Part shown: positions 55,381-64,000 of the stretch, piece after piece
Numbering within the stretch: the stretch's first letter is position 1
How the letters are laid out: every line of letters starts with the position of its first letter
Position numbers and translations under genes: made by a program
Notes under the pieces: generated by a model
Told to the model about the DNA's origin: nothing
The model's database searches: none
What the model saw: only the letters and a program-made list of their open reading frames with translations
Assembly: GCA_046597055.1 (NCBI GenBank)
Contig: JBKJLC010000131.1
Coordinates: forward strand, 1-64,000
DNA from: Kofleriaceae bacterium
GTDB lineage: Bacteria > Myxococcota_A > Polyangia > Haliangiales > Haliangiaceae
DNA length: 64,000 bases
Reading direction: 5' to 3'

Positions 55381-55396
55381 TGCAGAGCGGGTGCCA
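55381..55396 (-). promoter_or_regulatory. Putative sigma-54 promoter
   Basis: Minus strand TGGCACCCGCTCTGCA (GG-N10-GC). Confidence 0.5.
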
Positions 55397-55898
55397 GCGA
55401 GCGCCCCGAGTGATGACGGTTGGTTCCAGGCCCCTGGACTCGCCGGTCGTGGGTGTCGGTTGCAACACTGTGGTGCGCGCGCGACATGCCGACCCGCTCA
55501 GCCGCCGCGCGACGCGGCCCCTCCTGGTGGCCGGCGCGCGAGGATCACGCGCCATCGCCGGCGCCGGCGCGAGCGTCACGATCGCTTGTGCCACCCACCG
55601 TAGACCGTCACCACGGGCGGAGCGTCGCTGCTGTGGGCCGCAGGATCGTGGCGGCGCCCGCGGAGCGATTGCCGTGCGTTGCCGTGCCGATGCGTTGTGG
55701 GGAGGCGCGGGTTCATCGAGGTGGTTCACATGCACGCCGATCGTGTTCGAACCCATCGAGCCGGCGATCCCGGCGTCCTTGTCGGAAGACGGCGTGTTCG
55801 CGACTGCGTCGGTCGCCTACGCGCAAGGCGGCCCGCTCGAGCGCATCGCGCAGGCTCTCCGCCGCGTCCTCGAACTGATCGAGCGCGGATCCGCGCTA

Positions 55899-56357
55899 TC
55901 AGCGCGTCGGGGATCGGCGGCGCACCGCACGACTCGCAGTACGCGTGCAGGTGACCGCCTTGACGATCCGCGCGAGTTCGCCGGGTAGGTCGACCGCGGA
56001 GCTTGCCTGCGCGGCGTCGGCCGCATCCTCGCCCTCTGGGTTTACAACCACGCCGGCGAGGATGCGACCGGTCGCGCTCCACCGGTTGCCGGCGGCGGAC
56101 GGCGTGCCGAGCCCGACGTCGCCGAACACCTCGGCGCCGCCGAGCGTGAACCGCTGGCCGCCGGCGCCAACACCACCGCCGGCGGCGCCGCCGCCCACCC
56201 GGCCCCGCGCACGCTCGGCGTAGTAGCCGGCGCCAACCATGCCGCGGAAGCCGGCGCCATCGTTCGAGTCGTCGCGCGACCCGATGGCGCCCGCGCCGAC
56301 ATGCGCGTAACACCCGGGCGCGAGCGCGAGTAGCGCCAGCGCGGCCGTCGCCTTCAC
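55899..56357 (-). CDS. Gly-rich hypothetical lipoprotein, possibly C-terminally truncated
   Basis: RBS AGGAGG, lipobox APGC, beta-strand-like sequence; the tail looks non-coding. Confidence 0.5.
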   Translation of the reverse strand: MKATAALALLALAPGCYAHVGAGAIGSRDDSNDGAGFRGMVGAGYYAERARGRVGGGAAGGGVGAGGQRFTLGGAEVFGDVGLGTPSAAGNRWSATGRILAGVVVNPEGEDAADAAQASSAVDLPGELARIVKAVTCTRTASRAVRRRSPTR

Positions 56358-56536
56358 GCGACCTCCTGGGGATCGGGCTCATCGGCGGCATCGAGCGCGA
56401 CCCGATGCTGCCTGTACGGCTGCGCCGCCATCAGCGCCTCGGGCCAGGGCCGCACCGGCGGCCCACCCGCCGGGCCGAAGCGACCCTCATCGGCGGTTGG
56501 GGGGAGGTGGGCGTAGAGCTGGGAGTAAACGCTCCG

Positions 56537-56578
56537 AAAACAGTTACGGCCAGTTAAGCCATCGCCTAACCGGCCGTA
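56537..56578 (-). terminator. Rho-independent terminator after tRNA-Gly
   Basis: TACGGCCGGTTAGGC-GATG-GCTTAACTGGCCGTA hairpin followed by ACTGTTTT. Confidence 0.7.
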
Positions 56579-56596
56579 CTCCCTGGTAAATTCTTG

Positions 56597-56668
<72 letters not shown>

Positions 56669-56680
56669 AACTCGCCGGGG

Positions 56681-56708
56681 AATCTATCGCAACCGGGCCG
56701 CGAGTCAA
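56681..56708 (-). promoter_or_regulatory. Sigma-70 promoter of tRNA-Gly
   Basis: TTGACT-N16-TAGATT. Confidence 0.7.
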
Positions 56709-56779
56709 GCCGGCGGGGCGGGCGAGACCGGCCCGCGCCGTGCGCACCGGCCGCGGAACGGGTCAGCCGGCGGGGTGGC

Positions 56780-57766
56780 TCAGAAGCGGCCGGTGACGAC
56801 CAGGCCGGCGCTGTCGTCGGTGACGCGGGGCGCGAAGGCCATGCCGGCCTCGGCGGTCTCGGGGCCGCCGATGAGCCAGAGGACGACGCCGGTGGCGACC
56901 GCCGCGCCGCCGATGCCTGCGGCGACGGTGGCGTAGAGCCGCTTCTGGTTGGCGGAGTCGAGAAGGCTGCTGCGCTCGGAGACCGTGGTGGCCGCGACCG
57001 CGTCGTCGTAGGCGCTGCGCGCGCCGAGCTCGAAGACCAGGCCGGCGCCCAGGCCGACCGCCCCGACCGCCCAGAGGCCGACGGCGGCCTTGCGCTTGCC
57101 AGTGAATGAGGACGGACGCTCGGTCGGGCCCACGCCGGCACCGGCACCGGCGGTGCCGCCCGCGACGGTGGCCGCGACGGCCTGCTCGGGCAGCTCGCGG
57201 AAGCGGGGCACGTTGACCGACTGCTTATCCTTCTCGACGCCGACCGTGACCGGCGTCGACCAGGCCTCGAACGCCGGCGCCTTGCCCTCGATGGTGTAGG
57301 TACCGCCGTCGACGGGGATGTCGCGGTTCCACTCGGCCGGATCGACCTCGACGCCGTTGCGAGAGATCGTCAGGCCGTCGACGCGCGCCTCGTCAGGGAC
57401 GTTGATGATCAGGTACGAGAGGCGGCTCTCGAGCTTCCCGGCGCGGGTGCGCGCGGTGGTATTGAGATTGGCCTGGTCGGACTTGCCGCGCGTCATGCGC
57501 TCGGCCTCGATGAACTGCCCCCACGCGCTCGCGTACTGCTCGTTCTTCTCGCGGCAGTTCGCGAGGTTGAGCAGTGTCGAGACCGCCGGGTCCTTGCGGT
57601 AGCTGCCCTCGAAGGCGTTGCACGCCTCCTTGATCTTGCCCGCGTCCATCAGCTTCTTGCCGTCACGGAAGAGCTGTTCAGCGACGCCGGTCGTCGCTGG
57701 CTGCGCCGCGACGGGCGCAGCCGTGATCAACATCGAACCTACGAATACGATCGCTATTGCCCGCAT
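56780..57766 (-). CDS. Myxobacterial TPR + PEGA-like secreted protein
   Basis: Signal peptide, AEQLF..GK.LM, TLLNLA.C.EK, PVDGG.Y.IE.KAP, two hydrophobic helices, ends GLVVTGRF. Confidence 0.85.
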   Translation of the reverse strand: MRAIAIVFVGSMLITAAPVAAQPATTGVAEQLFRDGKKLMDAGKIKEACNAFEGSYRKDPAVSTLLNLANCREKNEQYASAWGQFIEAERMTRGKSDQANLNTTARTRAGKLESRLSYLIINVPDEARVDGLTISRNGVEVDPAEWNRDIPVDGGTYTIEGKAPAFEAWSTPVTVGVEKDKQSVNVPRFRELPEQAVAATVAGGTAGAGAGVGPTERPSSFTGKRKAAVGLWAVGAVGLGAGLVFELGARSAYDDAVAATTVSERSSLLDSANQKRLYATVAAGIGGAAVATGVVLWLIGGPETAEAGMAFAPRVTDDSAGLVVTGRF

Positions 57767-57796
57767 ATCTGCCTCCGAGACTACCGCGACCACGCC

Positions 57797-59413
<1,617 letters not shown>

Positions 59414-59701
59414 TGTCTTGCGGGCCTTCCTGTCGGCCAGGCCGCGCCGCGGTTGCGCGAAGAATTTCAGTAATTTATTTCGGTAACTTGCGGCGCACAT
59501 GCGGAGTGCGCCGGGCCTCGGCCAGGCGCGGGGCCGCCCCGCAGGCGGGGTTGGCGCGGGCCCGCGACCGAGTCCCTCGCCCTCCGCGCCGCGCACGTTT
59601 CATGACGCGGCCGCCGCCCCCACCACTACGGCGCCGGCAGCGGCGCATTCTTCACCTACGACTGAAGAACGTGCCGCTGGGCGACGCGCGTGCGGCGCGC
59701 T

Positions 59702-61531
59702 TCAGAGCGCGGTCTGGCCGGCGTTGATCAAGCCGAAGGTCGACGCGCCCTGGAGCCAGTCGGCCTTGTCGTTGTCGTCGCTGTTGTCGACGCGGCGGAT
59801 GCTCTCACCGGCGGCGGTGGTGCCGGTCGCGTCGAGGTCGAGGACCGCATGCTCGCGGAAGAGGTCGTCGACGTAGCCCGTGAGCGGATGGCCGCCGCCC
59901 ACCATCTGCCACTGATTGGCCGTACGAACAATCGCAGCCTGAGCCTCCGTTGCGGCGGCTGCCGTGCCCGCCGCCGCATTGGCGACGAACACCGCGTCGA
60001 GAATCACGTTCGCGCCGTTGTAGAGCGTGATCACGTTGTCGGTATCCGTGATGCCGGTGTCGGTCGAGTACCAGTCGTAGGCCGTATCGTAGTTGCGGGT
60101 GAACGTCGCGACGGGCTGCTGGGCAGGCCCGGTCGTCTCCTGGGTGCCGGTGCCGCCCGGGTTACACATCGTGTTCGCCGTGTTCATGTGGACGACGATC
60201 AGGTCGTTCGTCGCCACGCTGAGGCCGGCGAACGTCACCAGCGTGCCGGCATTACGCTCGCGCAGGTAGAAGCCGTTCATCGAGCCACCGGCCGTCACCC
60301 GGAGCTCGATCAGGTCACAAACGTTCACGGTTTCCGCGGTCTGGATATGTGCGTTGATCTCGTTGATGCGCACGATGGCCTGGTCGGTGAAGCCGGAGAA
60401 GGTCGCCGTGCCGGGCGCCGCGATGGGGGTCATCCGGGTGTCCTGGACCGTGTTCGCGACGGTGACGGTGTATGGGGTGCTGGCGACCTGGGCGCTGGTG
60501 GTCACGGTCACGAGGCGAGCATCGGTGGCGGAGATGGCCGCCGCAGTGACGGTCAGGTTGCTGATGGTGAACTGGCTGCCGTCGGCCAGCAGCGTGGACG
60601 CCAGAACGTTGCGGCTGAAGGTGACCTGGAGCGAGGTCGCCGACAGGGCGACGGCGCTGACCACGGTCGGGGCCGGGCAGCTGGTGACGGCGATATCGCC
60701 AGCGACGTAGACGCCGACCTGGGCCTGCGGGGCCGTGGCGCCGAACCGGCTGATCGGGACGTTGGTCGCGGTGAACGTGCACCCGTTGCCGAGCTCGAGG
60801 GACGTCTTCAGCGTCGCCGGCAGGCGAAGGCGATAGCTGGTGTTGCCGGTGAGCCCGGTGGTGTTGATCGGTGCGCTCTCGAACATGGCGCTGGCGCCGA
60901 CGAAGTCGCCGGCGACCGTGGCGGTGAGGGTGCCCAGCTCGCTGTCGTAGCTCTCGATCGCGGTGACGACATCGGCGGCCGCGGTCAGGTTCTGCGCCAG
61001 CGCGGTGACGTTGGCGCCCTGCGAGTCGCGGGTGAAGCCGGTGACCGCGGTGGCGCGGCGCTGACCGCTCACGGTGGCCATCGTCGTGATCGTGAAGCTG
61101 ACGACGTCGCCCACAATGGGCGGCGGGGTCAGCGTGGACGGGTCGACCGCGATGAACAGCGCGGGGCCGGTCTGGACGATCTGGACGGTGAATCCCGCCG
61201 GGTCGCTGGCCGGGGTGCCGAGGGCCGGCTTCAGGTAGGTCACGGTCGCGCCGACGATCGGCAGCGAAAGACCGGTGCCGTCGGCGGCGGCGCGGGCGAG
61301 CGCGATCCGCTCGGTCGGGGTCGGGATCGCGTCGACCGGGGCGTCGATCGGGGGCGGGGCATCGATCGGGGTGGCGTCGATCTCGGCCGCGTCGGTGGGC
61401 ACCGCGCCGTCGGTGGTGGCGGCGTCGGCCCGACGGCCATCGATGGGTGGGTTGGACCCACCGTCATCTCCACAACCAGCGGCGGTGACGAGCAAGGCGA
61501 GCGCGGCATGAGACAGCAAACGGAGACGCAT
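59702..61531 (-). CDS. Lipoprotein with Ig-like and lamin-tail-like domains
   Basis: Lipobox AAGC, IDA-repeat linker, PTVVSAVA..VTFS, VRINEI..DLIEL. Confidence 0.8.
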   Translation of the reverse strand: MRLRLLSHAALALLVTAAGCGDDGGSNPPIDGRRADAATTDGAVPTDAAEIDATPIDAPPPIDAPVDAIPTPTERIALARAAADGTGLSLPIVGATVTYLKPALGTPASDPAGFTVQIVQTGPALFIAVDPSTLTPPPIVGDVVSFTITTMATVSGQRRATAVTGFTRDSQGANVTALAQNLTAAADVVTAIESYDSELGTLTATVAGDFVGASAMFESAPINTTGLTGNTSYRLRLPATLKTSLELGNGCTFTATNVPISRFGATAPQAQVGVYVAGDIAVTSCPAPTVVSAVALSATSLQVTFSRNVLASTLLADGSQFTISNLTVTAAAISATDARLVTVTTSAQVASTPYTVTVANTVQDTRMTPIAAPGTATFSGFTDQAIVRINEINAHIQTAETVNVCDLIELRVTAGGSMNGFYLRERNAGTLVTFAGLSVATNDLIVVHMNTANTMCNPGGTGTQETTGPAQQPVATFTRNYDTAYDWYSTDTGITDTDNVITLYNGANVILDAVFVANAAAGTAAAATEAQAAIVRTANQWQMVGGGHPLTGYVDDLFREHAVLDLDATGTTAAGESIRRVDNSDDNDKADWLQGASTFGLINAGQTAL

Positions 61532-61623
61532 GGGCCGGGGTTGTACACCAGCGGCATGGCCGTTCAAGCACAAGCTCGCGACGTCGGGGTGGCCCCGAGT
61601 GGGCTCCATCACGGAGTGCTACA

Positions 61624-62853
61624 GTGCCCCCGGTGACTGACCAACGCGCCCAGGGGAATGCCCGCGTCGATGGGCTGGCCTTCGTGATGGACGGGACGAC
61701 CCCGCGCCTCGAGTTCCCTCACGCCCAGATCGACAACCTGCGGGGCGAGGCCGCGGGCCTGGCCTACGGCGCCACCGAGCTGGTGCTCGAGCAGCTGACC
61801 GGCCTGCTCGCCGGCGTCTCCTGGACCACCGAGGCGGCCTCCGCCGGCAAGTTCTGGGTCCGCGATGCCGAGGGCCGCTTCGAGATGACGATCGACCGGA
61901 TCGAGCTCCCGCACGGGCTGCGCGTGACGCAGTCCGCCGCCGGCGGGGTCGAGCTGGTCGCGCCGCACGTGTCGCTGTCGGAGGTGCGGGTGTCGATCCC
62001 CGACCTCGCACAGCTGGGGGGCCCCCCCGGCGAATCGGCGCCGGCCTCGCCCGCCGAGGAGCCGACTGGCCTGCGCCAGGAGCAGCTGCGCTTCCTCGAC
62101 GCGGTGACCGGCGAGATCGCGTTCCGCATCGCGGTGGTCCTCGACCTGCCGGTGATCGGTCACCGCACGCTCGATCAGGCGATCAAGCTCACCGTGGAGG
62201 ACGGCGCGTTCAACTTCGAGAAGCTCGCCAGCGGGCTGTCGTGGCTCGAGGGCCAGTTCCTCGACATCGGCATCGAGGGTGGGCGGTTCCGGATGGCCTG
62301 GGGCGTGCCGCTGTTCGGCACCAACGAGATCGTCTCGTTTGCGCTCGACAGCGACGCGAGCGCGATGGCGGAGCGCGATCGGATCCCGCTCCGCTCGCTG
62401 TTCGACTACCGGATGGCAGGCGGCAATGGCGGCGGCGACGGTGGCAAGAACGGCAAGAGCAGCGACAAACAGGGCCGGCTCAAGTCGCTGACGATCGGTG
62501 ACATCGACGTGAAGCTGTCGCTGGTCGCGCCCCACAACGTCGAGGTCGCGGGGGGCACCGTCCGCTTCGGCGGGGACGACGCGCCCGGCATCGTCGACCT
62601 GACGGTGCACGGCGCGATGACCCATCCACCCGCGCCCGGCGCGATGAAGGCCCAGGCCGGCGCGGTCGACATGACGGTCAAGGACCTCAACCTCGGAGGG
62701 TTGCAGGTGACGGCCGATCGGATCACGGTTGGGCCCGTCGATACCCTGGTGGTCACCTTCGATGGCTTCGAGCCGCGGGCGCTCGTGGCCGTGCTGCACC
62801 GCGTGACCGCGACCAACCTGGCGCTGACGCTGGGCAGCGCCCCGATAACCTGA
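61624..62853 (+). CDS. Hypothetical beta-rich protein
   Basis: 409-aa ORF with strong codon bias; no recognised motif. Confidence 0.7.
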   Translation: MPPVTDQRAQGNARVDGLAFVMDGTTPRLEFPHAQIDNLRGEAAGLAYGATELVLEQLTGLLAGVSWTTEAASAGKFWVRDAEGRFEMTIDRIELPHGLRVTQSAAGGVELVAPHVSLSEVRVSIPDLAQLGGPPGESAPASPAEEPTGLRQEQLRFLDAVTGEIAFRIAVVLDLPVIGHRTLDQAIKLTVEDGAFNFEKLASGLSWLEGQFLDIGIEGGRFRMAWGVPLFGTNEIVSFALDSDASAMAERDRIPLRSLFDYRMAGGNGGGDGGKNGKSSDKQGRLKSLTIGDIDVKLSLVAPHNVEVAGGTVRFGGDDAPGIVDLTVHGAMTHPPAPGAMKAQAGAVDMTVKDLNLGGLQVTADRITVGPVDTLVVTFDGFEPRALVAVLHRVTATNLALTLGSAPIT

Positions 62854-62876
62854 CGCCGCCCGCGTGGCGCCCGGAC

Positions 62877-62917
62877 TGATCGATATCGATCACTTCTGAT
62901 CGGGCGACCGATCGATC
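62877..62917. promoter_or_regulatory. Palindromic operator candidate with GATC cluster
   Basis: TGATCGATATCGATCA (62877-62892); GATC at 62878, 62888, 62898, 62910 and 62914. Confidence 0.5.
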
Positions 62918-63002
62918 GTCCGGACCCGGACAGTGCCCCCGTCCGCAAGTGGCTGACAACGCTCGGCTCCGGGCCGGCACGCCACGTGAAGAAAGGTGGG
63001 TC

Positions 63003-63623
63003 ATGCTCCACACCCTTCCCGCCCTGCCCGCCGACTCGCAGCGTGAGGTCGCCGCGCCGTTCGAGCGCCCGCTCGCCCGGGGGACCGACGCACCCTCGCC
63101 GAGCCTGGACCTCCTGGTCTCGGTGCTCGAGTGCGCCGAGGTCGGCATGGTGGTCGCCGACGTGGCCGGCCGCGCCCTGTACATGAACGCCAGCGCGCGG
63201 GCGGTGCTCGACAGCCCGCTCGGCGTCATGCCCCCGTGGCTGGCCCCGGTGGTGCCGCGCCTGCGCGCGCAGCTCGGCCAGAGCGGCCATGCGCTCGACC
63301 GCGTCGTCAACGGCGAGCTCGCGATCCGGGTGCGGGCGCGCGCGTTACCCCGCCCCGGCGCGATGCTGCTCGAGATCGCGGTCGCGCCCGGCTCGGGTGA
63401 CCGCCAGGTCGCCGAGCAGCTCGCCCGCGGGCTGGGCCTGCAGCTCACCGACGCGCGTCTGCTGGCGCTGCTGTGGCGCGGGCTTTCGAACGACGAGATC
63501 GCCCAGGCCCTGGCGGTGCGGACCGGCACCATCAAGAGCCGGCTGTTCCGCCTGTACCAGAAGCTCGGCGTGAAGAAGCGCCCGGCCGCGGTGCTGCGCG
63601 CGCAAGAAGCGCTCGCATCCTGA
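63003..63623 (+). CDS. LuxR-family HTH regulator with PAS-like N-terminus
   Basis: GMVVAD..GRALYMN.SA; GLSNDEIA..L....GTIKSRL.RLYQKLGV. Confidence 0.85.
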   Translation: MLHTLPALPADSQREVAAPFERPLARGTDAPSPSLDLLVSVLECAEVGMVVADVAGRALYMNASARAVLDSPLGVMPPWLAPVVPRLRAQLGQSGHALDRVVNGELAIRVRARALPRPGAMLLEIAVAPGSGDRQVAEQLARGLGLQLTDARLLALLWRGLSNDEIAQALAVRTGTIKSRLFRLYQKLGVKKRPAAVLRAQEALAS

Positions 63624-63647
63624 CCGGCCGCCGCGGTCGCCGGCCGG

Positions 63648-63998
63648 CTACGGCTCGTCGGCGAGCAGGCTGTCGATCGCGTCGCCGGCGTCGTCGAGCA
63701 CGCCGCGGCGTCCGCCGCGGCCGCCACGCAGGCGGGCCAGGCGGTCGCTGGAGTCGAGGAACTCGGCGTCGCGCTTCACCACCATCTCGAAGTAGTAGAC
63801 CGCCTCGCGCGGGTCGCCCATCTGCTCGTAGGTGGCGCCGATCTCGTAGAGCAGGGTCTGGCGCTCGCGCTCGGTGATCGACGAGGCGTGCAGACCGGCC
63901 TTGAACTGGTGCACCGCCTCCGACAGGTTCGACTGCTCGCGCTGGCACAGCCCGACCATCATGCGGCTCTGCACCTCGCGCCCCGGCGACGAGTGGAA
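63648..63998 (-). CDS. TPR protein C-terminus (5'-partial)
   Basis: MVGLC, EAV.QFK.GL, LLYEIG..YE.MGD..EA..YF..V..D..F.D. Confidence 0.75.
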   Translation of the reverse strand, partial: FHSSPGREVQSRMMVGLCQREQSNLSEAVHQFKAGLHASSITERERQTLLYEIGATYEQMGDPREAVYYFEMVVKRDAEFLDSSDRLARLRGGRGGRRGVLDDAGDAIDSLLADEP

Positions 63999-64000
63999 GA

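Noticed and set aside
55400..55990. Possible ORF or ncRNA in the intergenic stretch
   Set aside because: No convincing start, motif or RNA structure; perhaps decayed coding sequence

Overview
Very GC-rich bacterial DNA, probably from a Myxococcota (Kofleriaceae/Haliangium-like) genome. This is inferred from the Hanks kinases, the PEGA/TPR protein, many Cys-lipoproteins and sigma-54 promoters. Left part (1-25 kb): accessory genes including a 1442-aa polymorphic-toxin-like protein with a JAB-like tip, coupled to a catalytically dead kinase-fold gene. It also holds an SF1 helicase, S46 peptidase, alcohol dehydrogenase, WD40 kinase and several gene remnants. Centre (25.3-49.3 kb): a co-oriented heavy-metal cluster with three different HME-RND efflux operons. 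One is headed by a BlaI/M56 pair with a His/Cys motif. Two are headed by apparently leaderless secreted Cys/His uORFs ending in RPP. The cluster also carries an ArsR-rhodanese/persulfide dioxygenase/MFS module and a Cys/His-repeat lipoprotein. Right part: M16 peptidase, L,D-transpeptidase, tRNA-Gly(CCC), a kinase/PEGA pair, a LuxR regulator and a TPR gene. No CRISPR array, rRNA or intact mobile element was seen. All family calls come from motif recognition by eye, not database searches.
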